From Octopus sinensis (lineage: Eukaryota), in NCBI RefSeq assembly GCF_006345805.1, contig NC_042998.1, forward strand, positions 198,896,001 through 198,960,000: DNA of 64,000 nucleotides, written 5' to 3'. Below the pieces are notes generated by a model. It saw only the letters and a list, made by a program, of their open reading frames with translations, did no database searches and was not told the DNA's origin. Position 1 is the first letter of the stretch; the number at the start of each line of letters is the position of its first letter. This document shows positions 26,003 to 39,739 of the stretch, piece after piece. Position numbers and translations under genes: made by a program.

Positions 26003-26234
26003 AAGGCGGCGAGCTGGCAGAATCGTTAGCACGACGGGCGAAATGCGTAGCCGTATTCCACCTGTCGTTACGTTCTGAGTTCAAGTTCCACCGAGGTCGA
26101 CTTTGCCTATCATCCTTTCGGGATCGATAATTTAAGTACCAGTTACGCACTGGGGTCGATGTAATCGACTTAATTCGTTTGTCTGACCTTGTTTGTCCCC
26201 TCTATGTTTAGCCCCTTGTGGGTAATAAAGAAAC
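26003..26234 (+). mobile_element. Family B SINE inserted into a Chapaev-like fragment
   Basis: Imperfect TSD of about 20 bp (tayatacaaattctwacaat). The empty site is visible in the paralogous sequence at 27290-27337. Confidence 0.85.
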
Positions 26235-26728
26235 GTATATACAAATTCTTACAATTTTGATCAATAAAATTCATCACGAGTCGGCAGGTTCGTTTCTATA
26301 TGATATGAACTAATTAGGTCTAAAAAACAATTAACAAATTCACTTTCTGAACTAAATTCAGTGCGAAAGAGAGGTAAAGAGAGTGGGAGAAAGAGAAGTA
26401 AGCGTGTGAGATCAACGGGCACAGAGGAAAAATATAAACGTGTAACGCATGTAGCAATAAAAATATTTATGTGGATTTGTAGCAGAGTTCAAAGTACGCA
26501 AGTGACAAGCTGCAAATCTTTTGCATTTAAAGAAAATGAAAATAATTTTTAGAGGGTCAGTTAGTGTATCAGTGATTAGAATGACAGGGAGAGGTAGTGA
26601 ATACTTAAATTTTAAAAAAATGATAATAATAACACTAGGCAACAAAGATTTCGTTACAAAAGACCAAACAGGGGTTCCAAACTAATTTCGGTACATTGAT
26701 TTCAAATCTATAAGATTTCTTCTATCGC

Positions 26729-27146
26729 GGGATCTTTTCGGTTTGAACGGCAGTTTTTAACATAATTTCTAGGTAACTAAAAAATTTTAAACATCGTATA
26801 CTGGTAGAATGTGTTTATAAAGCATCATTTTCTCTTGGCTTTATTAAGAAAATTCTATAGTTTGTAAGATATTTGTTGCTTGCAATTTCAACCAATCACT
26901 GACGTGTATAGAGGTAAAAAAAAACATTCTGTGCCGTATGAATATGTCCCTCGTTTAAGAAACAGATTGGGTGTATTTACATTTGTGAAGACAAAAAAAG
27001 ATACCCTTCCCCCCACCCCTAACCCTAACCCTAACTAACCCTAAAACAGATTGAAATGCAATAGATCGATACTAGGGTCATAATTATGGGTGACAATTTC
27101 ATATGACACCGCTAGAAAAAACTGCCGGTCAAACCGAAAAGATCCC
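26729..27146. mobile_element. MITE with TIRs of about 28 bp, a 6-bp TSD and internal (CCCTAA)n
   Basis: gggatcttttcggtttgaacggcagttttt and aaaaactgccggtcaaaccgaaaagatccc; TSD tatcgc. Confidence 0.9.
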
Positions 27147-27438
27147 TATCGCGTCTAAATTGTATGTAAAATGCAAATGACTTTATAAAATTTTCTACCA
27201 CGTCCAGATTTTGGTTTTAATGCCTTTTGGTCTTAATGCCTGTAAAATGGAACTTGCTTTTCAAGGTTAAAGTAATATTTGCTTTCCAATTATATACAAA
27301 TTCTAACAATTTTGATCAATAAAATTCATCACGAGTCAAGAGCATAGTAACGGCCCAACAGTCAGCCACTACCTGACTGTCTAGCAGAAAGGTTGTTCAT
27401 CTGAAGATTCTGCTAGTGATATAGAAATAGGGAAAGAT

Positions 27439-27844
27439 AAGGCGGCGAGCTGGCAGAATCGTTCGCACGCCGGGCGAAATGCTTAACGGTATTTCGTCTG
27501 CCGTTACGTTCTGAGTTTAAATTTTGCCGAGGTCGACTTTGCCTTTTATCCTTTCGGGGTCGATAAGTTACGCACTGGAGTCGATACAATCGACTTAATC
27601 CGTTTGTCTGTCCTTGTTTGTCCTCTCTGTGTTTAGCCCCTTGTGGGTAGAAAAGAAATAGGTATTTCGTCTGCCGTTACGTTCTGAGTTTAAATTTCGC
27701 CGAGGTCAACTTTGCCTTTAATTCTTTCGGGGTCGATAAATTAAGTACCAGTTACGCACTGGAGTCAATTCAATCGACTTAATTCGTTTGTCTGTCTTTG
27801 TTTGTCCTCTCTATGTTTAGCCACTTGTGGGTAATAAAGAAACA
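27439..27844 (+). mobile_element. Family B SINE array (head plus 2 bodies)
   Basis: TSD gatatagaaatagggaaag at 27418-27436 and 27845-27863. Confidence 0.9.
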
Positions 27845-29958
27845 GATATAGAAATAGGGAAAGGTGGCGTATATGTTCCAGATGCAACTAGTTACCCACA
27901 TTTTTAAAGTCAAGCAGATTTGGAATTACCAAAAGAAAAAAGGCAGAGTTGCGTGGTTTCAGACTTCGAGAATGGAATTTTCTCCAGCTGAACACCAAGG
28001 TTTCCCATTTTCGCCATCGCCATCTGCAGTTTGCATAATTTTTCTTACAGGAGGACAACGTTAGTTTCTGTCACAATATCAGTGACCTGAAGGACAGGAT
28101 TAGCTTTCGCTATGATCCAAAAGAATGGAGACTGTTCATGGACTCTAGTAAAGCTAGCCTTAAAGTTATATTACTGCACAACGGCAATGAAAAACCTTCA
28201 ATACCTGCAGCACATGTCAGTGGCTTTAATGAGACTTATGAATCAAAGGAGCTGCTGCTAAGACTCATCAAATATAAGGACCACATATGTAATATTTGTG
28301 GTGACCTTAAAGCTGTATCATTACTTCTTAGTTGAGCTACACAGAGCATATGTACTTTTTGTGTCTGTGGAACAGCAGATATGACAAGAATCACTACAAA
28401 AAACATGATTGGTTATCTTGAACTGAATGTTGTTGACAAACAAGAATGTGTAACACCCAGCAGTTATTGACCCTCAGAAAGTACATCTTCCACCAATTGA
28501 CATTAAACGTGGCCTTATGAAAAATTTCATGAAGGGTTTGGATCATCAAGGTAGTGATTTCCAACATTTAAAGGATAGATTCAAAGAGATATTGTCAGAT
28601 GCTAAGTTAGAAGCTGGAGCTTTCACTTGATCTCAGATCCGCAGTGTCACCCAGGACACATCGTTTCCATGAATTCTAAGAATTCTAAAGGAGAATGAAC
28701 TAGGGACATCTTTTGTTGAAGTTGTCAAAGATTTTCTAGGAAACCACAAAGCTGAAAACCACTGTGAACTCAGAAAACATGGTTAAAATTTATGAAAAAA
28801 TGGGATGCAGAATATCTTTGAAAATACATTTTTTAGATTCTCATCTCGACTTCTTCCCAGCCAACCTTGGGATGTGAATGACGAGCCTGGTGAGCCCTTC
28901 CACCAACAGATCTCAATTATGGAAACAAGATACCAAGGTAATTTCAAGTCAAATAGGATGGAAGATTATTGTAGTATTGTTGGTTCCTGCAGAAGGAGAT
29001 CTCGTAATTCTACGAGTGACAAAGGAAGAGGAAAGACCTTTGTTTCACATAAGAACAGGAAGTTGCCTTTCGATAGTAACATCAAAATACTTTGGATAGA
29101 TTGTAGGGCGGAGGGGGTGGTAATTCTGCTGTCTGTCTTAGGCCGGTAAAAGGAGGTAAGACATCCCTGTTCACGAATTAATTTAAATATGCTTAACATA
29201 AAACGGGGAACGGAAAAATAGCTTAGATGGCTTCTGTAATAGAAGCTGGTGAGAAAAACTGAAAAATAGGGAATTTCGGTTACACAAAATCTGGACGTGA
29301 TAGAGAAATTTAGATATTAGATTTGAAATTAACCTCAGAAATTTGAGCGGGATCAGTAGTCTACGTGTCTGTAACATAAAAGTTGAAATTTATTGCCCAC
29401 TGTAAAAAGTAACATACTAAAGGTGTTTTGAATAAATATGTATATTAAAGCCTATATAAAAAAATACAGCCGTCATTGGCAAGCGAATAAGACTTGAAAG
29501 CATAAACCATGATTTCGCTAATTATGTTATGTGACTAATTAGTCGAGAGCGAGTATAAAAATGTTCATGCCAACTACCTCCAGGAAGCGAATACTACTCA
29601 TTTCAACCGACTGAAGAAGCCTGTGATATAGTGCCTTCTTAAGTGCACAACGCGCTGTCCAGTCAAGGAATCAAACTTATGAACATATCGTAAACCGGAC
29701 ACTCTAATCACTATCAAACACCAATTTATAATTTACATCTAACGTTTACTTAATTACATACTAATTGGCGAGCGAATAGAATAATTGTACAATATAAATT
29801 CTCAACAGTTGCTATGAAAATATAGGATGCAGGATGTCTTTGAAAATTTAATTTCTCTCAAATTAGGTTCTCTTAGAAGCTCATCCTAACATTACTAACA
29901 GACTGCTGATGAAAAATTTCCTGAGAAGTTTGTATGATTAGGAGAAATATTTCTACAT

Positions 29959-30343
29959 GGAAGCACTCCATCGGTTACGACGATGAGGGTTCCGGTTGAT
30001 TCGAATCAACGGAACAGTCTGCTCGGGAAATTAACGTGTAAGTGGCTGAGCACTCCACAGACACGTGTACCCTTAACGTAGTTCTCGGGGATATTCAGCG
30101 TGACACGGAGTGTGACAAGGCCGGCCCCTTGAAATACAGGTACAACAGAAACAGGAAGTAAGAGTGAGAGAAAGTTGTGGTGAAAGAGTACAGCAGGGAT
30201 CACCACCATCCCCTGCCGGAGCCCCGTGGAGCTTTAAGGTGTTTTCGCTCAATAAACACTCACAACGCCCGGTCTGGGAATCGAAACTGCGATCCTATGA
30301 CCGCGAGTCCGCTGCCCTAACCACTGGGCCATTGCACCTCCAC
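29959..30343 (-). mobile_element. tRNA-derived SINE, family C
   Basis: Matches 60800-61184; TSD atttctacat. Confidence 0.9.
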
Positions 30344-31559
30344 ATTTCTACATAGCAGCCAAGCAAATCTGGAACGAAACTTTGAAAGAATTCCTGCTTG
30401 TATATTTACTGAGTGATTCATCCAGCACTATGTCAGCCTATGTTAACTAATACAAGAGTTTATGGATCGCGGATAAATTCAGAATATCACCGAAACATTT
30501 CTGCAATTGTCTCCCTTGTTATGCCGAGAAACAAAATTGATATTAGTCATTGAATAATATTGCTGTTAATCATCGCATATTTACTTATATTTAGCTTTTT
30601 TAATGCGCTCAATAGAAATACTCCAACATAAGCATTAAATACTCCAACATAAATATTTTCCCGTGTGGAAAGGATTTCGTATCCAAAAACAATACCAAAT
30701 GTTAATCTAAATGACAATATCCTCCCAAAAATATGTGGTCTTATGCATGTTGTTGTTGTTGTTGTTGTTGTTGTTGCTGCTGCTGCTGCTGCTGTTGTTG
30801 TTGTTGTTGTTGTGTTGTTGTTGTTGTTGTTGTTGTTCTTCTTCTTCTTCTTCTTCTTCTTCTTCTTCTTCTCCTCCTTCATTATAATTATTGCTGTTGT
30901 TACTGCTGTTACCATAAGTATTATATAAGAGCCAGTGTGCTGTCTTTGTTTCAGTACACTCTCTACAGAAGTTGCTATTTGCATCTTCTTCTTCTTCTTC
31001 CTCTCCTTTTTCTTCTTCTTCTTCTTTTTCTTCTTCTTCTTCATCCTGGTGGTGGTGGTGCTCAGGCAGTGAGTTAGTAGAGTGGTTAGAATGACGGGAA
31101 AATTCTCAGCGATATTCTTCCAGTTCTATATATCCTCAATTCAAATCCCATTGGGATCAACTTAATTTTTCATTGCCCTGGGATCGATACAGTATAGTAC
31201 GGATCTCATACTGAATTTGCTGTTATCGACTGATCCCCTTCTTTAAAATATTACTGATTCTTCTGCTTAAATTATACACCGATCTTGTTCTTGATTTTAT
31301 CCCTATCAAGTATTTGGATTTCGATCGATTGTACTATATTCAAAACAATAGCGTATATTAGTTCACACTTCCAGATTCTCCTTTAACTGTTGTTATTCTT
31401 CAAGGAATAAAAGAACAGACAAAGAGTCGACAAGTGGATGTTGCCAACCACTTCAAGTTACCATATAAAAAAAATGTGATCCAGCGAGGAAGCTTTCACA
31501 TAATCCAAGAAATACCAGTTACATTTCCTTCATATTATTAAACTATATTAATTAAAGGG

Positions 31560-31785
31560 AGGCGAGCTGGCAGAATCGTTAGCACGCCGGGCGAAATGCT
31601 CAGCAGTATTTCGTCTGTCGCTACGTTCTGAGTTCAAATTCCGCCGAGGTCGACTTTGCCTTTCATCCTTCCATGGTCGATAAAGAAAGTACCAGTTATG
31701 CACTGGGATCGATTTAATCGACTCAATCGCTTTGTCTGTCCTTGTTTGTCCTCTCTGTGTGTAGACCCTTGTAGGTAGTAAAATA
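31560..31785 (+). mobile_element. Family B SINE
   Basis: Head, body and tail 1. Confidence 0.85.
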
Positions 31786-32534
31786 ATATATATTAATTAA
31801 ATGAGGACAGAAAATATTAAATAATGTAGTCCTACACACTTTTATTTGTTGGCCAATAGCCATCTCGATCAATATCGAAAGAATCAATCTTAGAAAAATT
31901 TATTTGCTTCAAAATGTATTCACATAAATATTTATCAAATATTTGTGTTAAGAATTTCTATCAATTTCCCTTTTCACATTTTTTCACTTCTTACCAAATG
32001 CAATGTAATTACTACACCTCTAATTAGTTTTGGCTGATGAGACATGACTACGTAAAAACAGTCCTGTTTACAGATACTAAGAGGGTAAATACTGTAGTTA
32101 AATAATAATTAAATATTATGAAAAAAAAATGGCGTATTTTATTTCGTTAGCGAGGGAATAGCATTTTAACAAAGGAACAGGATAACAATTAACTAGCTTT
32201 TAACGTTATATTTGCTTTTTCTTGAATATTGGTTTAGTAAGGAGCATGACAATTTTCATGTTGAAGCGATAAAATTAACGTAATTATCTGACTAAACGAA
32301 AGAAAGAGAATGTAAATTCTCCGATAGAATTCTTGAAAAAATTTTAATGGTAAAAGTGGAAAAGATGGGTTTTGAAAATTTTATTCAAAACGTATTTCTT
32401 CATATATTGTTTGCTAGAATTATCAGCAAGAGAGATATAAAAAATGTTTGAAAGAAATATTTCTGATTCGTATCTTTGGTATAAAGCTATTTAATAAACA
32501 GTTTTAATATCTTACGTTCTATCTCTGGGTTATA

Positions 32535-34000
32535 CGGGGCTTGTACCGAAAGTAATGCAAAAATGTGCACAGAATTCTTTAGTAAATAATCGTGTAAATC
32601 TTCTTCTATAGTAATTTTCCTTCCTGTTCTTCTTCATTGCAAGCAAAGAATGGGTTTCGAACAGAAAACTACAGCCACTGAAAACCACAAGTTGAATACG
32701 GTGACAAGAGTGGACAAGAGCAATGAATGCATGTGGAGGCACATGGCCTAGTGGTTAGAGTAGTGGACTCGCGGTTGAGGGATCGTGGGTTCGAATGTCA
32801 GACCGGGCGATGTGTGTTTTTTATGAGCGAAACACCTAAGCTCCACGTGGCTCCGGCAGAAGGTAATGGCGAACTTCTGCTGACTCTTTCGCCACAACTT
32901 TCTCTCACTCTTTCCTCCTGTATCTTGCAGCTCGCATGTGACGGACCTGCGTCCCGTCCAGGTGGGGAACCTATACGCAAAGGAAACCAGGAAATCGGCC
33001 CTTATGAGCCAGGCATGGCTCGAGAAGGAACAGACAAGAGCAATGAATGCGGATGGATGAAGATGTTTAAAGAAAGGGAAACCATTGAAGACAAGTCTTG
33101 CAGTGGGAGACTCTCAACTGCAACCGCTGACATGAATTACGAATAGTTAGCATGATTGGTGCGGACAGAGGAATCACACACCGTGACCTTGTTGCACATC
33201 TCGACTGTGGTCACAATGCATTACACAAGATGGAATAAGACATTGGGCATCTGAAAATATGTGCAAAATGAGTACTTCGGTAGTTGACGCCCAATTTGAA
33301 AGAAAGAAAAGTGGAAGTCTGTTCTGATTTGGTGGGAGCGTTTAGAACCAACGAATATACGTTTTTTATTTTAATATCTGACGACAAGTGATGAATTGTA
33401 GCCGTATTTTATGATCCAGAAACGAAAACTCCCACCATGGAATCTTTTCTAATGCCTAAGAAGTTCAAGAGCCAGCAATGAGTGTGGAAAAGTGTGGGAA
33501 CTTTTGTGGTGGGGGGGGGGTGACAAGGATGTCTTTCTGGAGACACTCAAAAGGCTTAGAAGAGCCATTTGGAGAAATAGACCGAACTTGAAAACTCTCC
33601 GTAATCACCGTAACAATGCATGATCACACACATACGCACACACCTTTGGTAACAATCTATGCAGTAGGCTAATTTGACTGGACATTTGTCCTCCTATCTA
33701 CCGTACAGCCGGGGTTTGGTGCCCTCCGATTTCCACCTGATTGATCCATTGAAGAACAGTCTTCGGAGGACAACAATTTGACATGAAGTAGTTACAACAG
33801 TGCACGCCGGAATTCTTTCAAAGAGGATTCAAGAACTGGTTCAACGATGCCGCAAATGCGCCACTTGGGATGGAGATTATATTGAATAGTATCTTTGTAT
33901 AAAGAGGCATTTACTATACCAACATGTACAGTTTTAATAACCTATGTCAGTTCACAAAAAAGTGATATCCATTTTTGCATTATCTTCAACAGAACTGTCG
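32535..34000 (+). mobile_element. Decayed mariner transposon
   Basis: TA flanks and imperfect TIRs sharing taatgcaaaaatg. Relic motifs EDKSCSGRLST, TSDE...YDPETK and PYSRGLVPSDFHL (YSPDLAPSD-type). Confidence 0.85.
32731..33032 (+). mobile_element. Family D SINE nested in the mariner
   Basis: tRNA-like head; 18-bp TSD gacaagagcaatgaatgc at 32713-32730 and 33033-33050. Confidence 0.92.
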
Positions 34001-34517
34001 TATTTATGTAGACAGATTTTTTTTTATAGATTATCAGTAGATGAATGATAGCATCCATGAATCTTTCTATAACTTTCGAAACTGGCTTGCGGAAGGGATG
34101 AACTTATGCTCAAACAGATGTAACTAGAAGACCTACAACAGATTGACCTCCACTAAAGGAACTCAAGATCCAGATGATGATGTTAAGGCGGGCAGCAGAT
34201 TAAGGAACAAGAATGATCCTTCTGACAGGAAAAAGAATGATCGTTCTGACTGGCTTCCCCGCCGAAGTTAACGTCTACGAAATTTTACTTGGCGGCGCCA
34301 AACCAGAATAATCCAAGGCAACATCTAATCTTGCGAAATTCATTCTAAATGTGACCCTCTACGTTTCCTATTTATTCACTGTCTGTGATTTTGTTTCCGT
34401 AGACTTCAAATCTTTCATTGTGTATTTCTGCGACGGACTTGGCTAATGTGTCGCTGTTGTGCATTTGTTCTCTTTCTGTTTGTTTAACAAGAATAAGTGA
34501 ATAAATGCTTTAATAAC

Positions 34518-34836
34518 TGGCACTCCGTCAGTTACGACGACGAGTGTTCCAGTTGATCCGATCAACAGAACAGCCTGCTCGTGAAATTAACATGCAAGTG
34601 GTTGAGCACTCCATGGACACGCGTAGCCTTAATGTAGTTCACAAATGAGATCCAGCGTGACACAGAATGGGACAAGGCTGGCCCTTTGAATTACAGATCC
34701 TCCTTATTTGTGCCAGATGAGTGGGCTGGAGAAATGGGAAATAAAGTGTCTTGCTCAAGGCCACAACATGCCGCCTGGTATTGAACCCATGATCCTACGC
34801 TCGCGAGCCGAATTCTCTAAGCATTAAGCCACGCAC
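34518..34836 (-). mobile_element. Older SINE sharing the family C 3' half
   Basis: gcactccgtc...gcctgctcgtgaaattaac tail plus CORE-like cttgagcaagacacttta. Similar copy at 62150-62438 (plus). Confidence 0.75.
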
Positions 34837-36846
34837 ATTCACGAATAAATTCCTAGAATTATATCTTCCTTAGGATTGCACTTTGTTTTCTGTCTTTTAT
34901 TTTGGGTTACACCCCCACCCCGCCGCATTTCTGCACTACATTGTTTTCTGTACATAGCAAGTAGAACCAGATAGTTTTCAACTGACCACCAGGCACGTTC
35001 CGTTAACTTAGCTGCAACCTGTCGTTTATCTCCCGTTAGCACCATTCATACGTCTGCTTGTTTTACTCCTTACGAACTAGCCTTGTCTAGTCCGTTCTTA
35101 AATCCTTTATTTGCTATTGTTATAATCTACAAGTATGTATTTTTTGCTATTTATTGTGCAAATTCTTCATTTTTGTCATAGTTATTAATCTACAAAAAAG
35201 CTAAGTCTTGTCCTATTATTCTATTGTCCTATTGTTCTATTGTCCTTTTTGAACACAAAAATTCATCACTTTTGTTCGCTGGTAGTAAACAAATATGTAT
35301 TGTCACCGTCTCCTTCTACTCACAAAACGTATTCTACTCTGTCTTCCTAATCCATATCGTCCCCTATTATTTCTTATAGTTTTCTTAAATACCCTACGTG
35401 CATCAAATAACGGGCCGGGCAGGGCTAATGTTTTCGGATAAAATTAAGTGTAAAAACGATTGCTATGGTCGATTAGTGTGGCATTGACACTAACTTCCCG
35501 GTTAGTTTTACACCGTTATGAGCGAAGATCGTTTGAATAATAAGCTCTGGTATGCATTGAACTTGCGTTCACTAAGGTTGGGTCACGCGAACCTGTTACT
35601 ATGGTTATGAGCATTTTCGGCGTCAGGAAAAACAGATCTGCTTTTTCAAGTTCAAATATGAACACTTCTTTGATTTATTAATTGTGTGTAAGAAATAAAA
35701 TATCATAAAATTTTGTCAGTTCACTATAAAAAAAAAATGTTTGCAATATTCTTTGTAACAGCGTTTAGCTTGATTAGATTATAAATTAACATAATCCTCT
35801 CATTCTATGATCTTCGTTTTCAAACAAATCAAATGGTTTACAGAGAAAACATATTAAGTCAACTCGAAAATTTTGTCCATATATCTGTGTTCGCTGTTCC
35901 TTAACGTTCTTTCTCTCTATTCTACTCCTTTGTATACAATTTTGTCTGTTTGGATAGTAATATATACTGAGCGAATCTTTGGTCCTTGCTATCGACCTTC
36001 TACGAACCCCCTTTCACAATATACAAAATACTTCTGTTTAAGATTGAGTTAGACATAAACTTTTTCAACTGAGAAATAAAATTATTTCAATGTAAAAATA
36101 CTGGCTTATTGAATAATATAATATGATTAATACAGGTTTATTTTTAGCAACGACAGCACTGTTAGGTTTCACAATGTGTCAAGCTCCTGCGTTGGGTCTT
36201 TTGTAATATTTTAAAACAAAAAACACTTATAAACAATCTGTCAATTCTTTGTTGCAAATACAATATCTAATTGTTGAATAAGAATTAATTAGTAAGAGGA
36301 TTGCTATTGGTTAAAAGCAGAAGACACTTTAAACCAAAAACAACAAAAATGTCAATTTTTATAGAATTTTAATATTTTGATACTATTTATAGATTCTGAA
36401 TTTCCATATTTAGAAGATGCAGTTAGTGATAAGAGTGATTGAACTGCGATCGACACCGAGTTTGCACTGTATAGGCTTTTCCGACGGGAACAATACTGCT
36501 GAGTAGCTGTATGTTGGTTACCCTCCAGAGGTTATACTTCAATATTACAGCTGCTTATGTTTGGAAGAACTATCAAGACTTGGAGAAAGGAATACGTCTA
36601 TGCTATCTATAGCCATCGGGGTCTTTTGTATTATGATTAACAGCACTGCAATGAGTTTCCTAAAGAAGACGTGAAAACGGTGAGTAAAAACAACATAAAT
36701 TATGAGAAATAATGGGACTGATATCAACAGACCAACACATCTTCAGGAAGCAGATAACTGAGTGGACACGAAATGCAAAATATTTACATCTTATTATCCA
36801 GAATGAGTTTCTTTTTAACATACCATTATTAATAAAAAACGAAGTA

Positions 36847-37440
36847 TATTTCTTTACTACCCACAAGGGGCTAAACACAGAGAGGACAAACAAGGACAGA
36901 CAAACGGATTAAGTCGATTACATCGACCCCAGTGCGTAACTGGTACTTAATTTATCGACCCCGAAACGATGAAAGGCAAAGTCGACCTCGGCGGAATTTG
37001 AACCCAGAACGTAACGGCAGACGAAATACGTATTTCTTTATTACCCACAAGGGGCTAAACACAGAGAGGACAAACAAGGACAGATAAACGGATTAAGTCG
37101 ATTACATCGACCCCAGTGCGTAACTGGTACTTAATTTATCGACCCTGAAAGGATGAAAGGCAACGTCGACCTCGGCGGAATTTGAACCCGGAACGTAACG
37201 GCAGACGAAATACGTATTTCTTTATTACCCACAAGGGGCTAAACACAGAGGGGACAAACAAGGACAGACATAGGTATTAAGTCGATTACATCGACCCCAG
37301 TGCGTAACTGGTACTTAATTTATCGACCCCGAAAGGATGAAAGGTAAAGTCGACCTCGGTGGAATTTGAACTCACAACGTAAGGGCAGACGAAATACGGC
37401 TACGCATTTCGCCAGCTCGCCGCCTTCTGCCAGCTCGCCT
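36847..37440 (-). mobile_element. Family B SINE array (3 bodies plus a rearranged head)
   Basis: Junctions gaaatacgtatttc near 37023 and 37208. Confidence 0.9.
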
Positions 37441-37996
37441 AGCACAAGGAACGTTTAAAACAGATTCTTTTGCATTAATAGTGGTTGAACCAAAAAGATC
37501 TCGAAAACCTAAAAGGTCTCGCTTGTTCTGTACCAGGTTTTTAAACAACGCCATTTGTGAAGAATATACCGGATTTCATGCAGTTTCAGAATTTCCCGCT
37601 AATTCATTTCTGTAGTGCAAGTTGTCACTGCTAAATTATGCTGGTGTTGCTGTCTAGTTATGTGTCACTCAGTACCATAACAGTCACGCAGGTTTGAGCA
37701 TGAAATGTGACCGATATTCAACCGAATCTTCATGCCATTGTCTATTTGCAGTCTCTGTCCCACTGCCATGTCAACCTACCCAACCTTGAAACGATTGACT
37801 GCGTAAAAATGTAATGGGTGTCGAAAACCTTTTTCGCCATACTGCAACATCATCTCCACCTGTCCATGGTCCACTGCGAATAAGAAGTAAAAGATAGGTA
37901 GGCAGGAGCCAAAAAGCTTTCCTCATATACTTTGGACCTATCAGCATACATCATGCTTATATTATCCGTTGAAAGTAGGTTTCCATTTATTTTGGA

Positions 37997-38304
37997 CTAG
38001 CAGTATCGCCCGGCGTTCCTCGGGTTTGTAAGGGAAATAACTATATAAGCCTTTTTAGAGATGTAAAGTATAATAGCCATCTCAATATGGCTAACCACAA
38101 AGGGGGGGGGGTGTTACTGTAGCTGGTAATTTTTTTTTTTAATCGTAGACTCATCGTAGACGCGCGCTAATACCCAGAAGGGCTCGATATGAATCACGAC
38201 TATAAGATACCCGCTTTTGGTTACACCGCACCGCAAAATGTTGGAGTAGTTAGGAATCTAAATCGTAGGAGACAGACACACAACTTCACTTTTATATAAA
38301 AAGA
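37997..38304 (-). mobile_element. Non-autonomous Helitron (internally deleted)
   Basis: Same termini and hairpin as 3762-4159. Confidence 0.85.
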
Positions 38305-38929
38305 TTTTCTGTCGAAATTTTAGTGAGAATACAAAAAGACAAATTGATGTCTCAAGTCACTTCTTTCACTTTTGTCTGTAAATGCCTGTATTTTCCTCGT
38401 CCTCTTTGAACAAGTTCTGCTACTATGCAAAGTTACTGTTATCTTCTTTAATTAATATGAATGCATGATGCAAATTAATATTCAGTTGATGTCAAGTGAA
38501 CCAAACTAGATGACGAAGGTATTTAATACACGGTGAAGCAACAGGCCACTGCCCATATAAATGGCATCCATTTGATTTGAATAAGCCAAAGCATTGAGGC
38601 AAATTTCCTTAGCCTTTGAAGCAGTCTGTGGCCAGTGAAGCTACTGCAAGCCGCTTGACAAGTGGTAAAGATTTTACCACTTAGTTTTTACCAGGAGACC
38701 TTCATTGTCTTGAATCAGATTTGCTAAAAACTTCTAACGTTGCTTTTCAGGAGAAAAAAACAGCTGTAATATCATGAATAGTTTCCCTCAGAGTTAGCAG
38801 CTTCCCAACACAGATGTCCTCAAATCCATGAAAGAGTTATTGCGACTAAATCTGAATGATCTGAAGGCAGTACCACAGTGTAAAATGTCGAGTAGAGTGG
38901 AATACGCATTTTAAACTCAGTGATGGACC

Positions 38930-39190
38930 TATTTGAATGTTAGTATCCCATCAAAAATGTTTTCATTGCAGCAATATCACTGTTTCCAATTGCTGTAATG
39001 CTTATTCTAAGCAATGCGAACTGTGGACAAAGTTTCTCAAAGCTACAGATGGTCACGAATTATCTGTAGAATTATAAGGTCGACGGCAGATTGCATAATT
39101 TAGATACAATTGCCATGAACAGATGAGGTGCCGAAAATCAAAATCTTGAAGATATTCGCTTTTATTTCAGCCAAAACACTGAAAATATAT
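38930..39190 (+). pseudogene. hAT transposase C-terminal dimerisation-domain relic
   Basis: SNANCGQSFSKLQMVTNYL*...RLHNL resembles the hAT S.A.CERSFSKL..IKNYLR motif. The element probably extends upstream but I could not define its ends. Confidence 0.55.
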
Positions 39191-39739
39191 TGCATAACAG
39201 ATGTCACCATTTTTCATGTTTCATTACTTTTAATTATTTTAATTTTGAAATTACATTGAGAAATGACTTGGAGTTACAATCACTCATATAAAACAACTTG
39301 GTATTCTGGGGTTTTCTGGACCGACCTTGCCTGGGTTACAGCAAAACGTAATGACTGTTACAACTTATAAGGCTTTGGTCGTCCAAGGTTGTAGCAGGTC
39401 ACTTGTACCACCCACTGGGGTAGTGCCGATCACCTCTATTTCCTACATGTCCAACATGTAATTAAGTGTAATTTGAGTTGTTCCCAAGTAACAAGCTAGT
39501 TGACCGTTTAATTATAATTGATTATTTAGTCGACGTGTCATTACTTATTTGTTTTAGTTATAAATGTATATATTATAAATGTATATATGTGAGTACATAT
39601 GTTTATGATTTTGTTTATCTAATTTAATTTTTTTAATTTAATTCTAATTCCCTTTTTTATCTAATTGTTTTACTTTCAATAAGCAATTTATTTGGGTAAT
39701 ATATTTTATAATATTGAACTTCTTTCATAGATATTGATC

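Larger units (their letters stand above)
26633..29402 (+). mobile_element. Decayed DNA transposon, Chapaev3-like (CMC)
   Basis: Termini cactaggcaacaaa and tttattgcccactg with taa on both sides. Relic transposase WRLFMDSSKASLKVILLHNGN...ICGDLK...LKIHFLDSHLDFFP...GEPFHQQISIMETRYQG. The family name is from recalled motifs. Confidence 0.75.

Noticed and set aside
32731-32810. tRNA genes at SINE heads
   Set aside because: The A and B boxes continue into SINE bodies flanked by TSDs. They are tRNA-derived heads, not tRNA genes.
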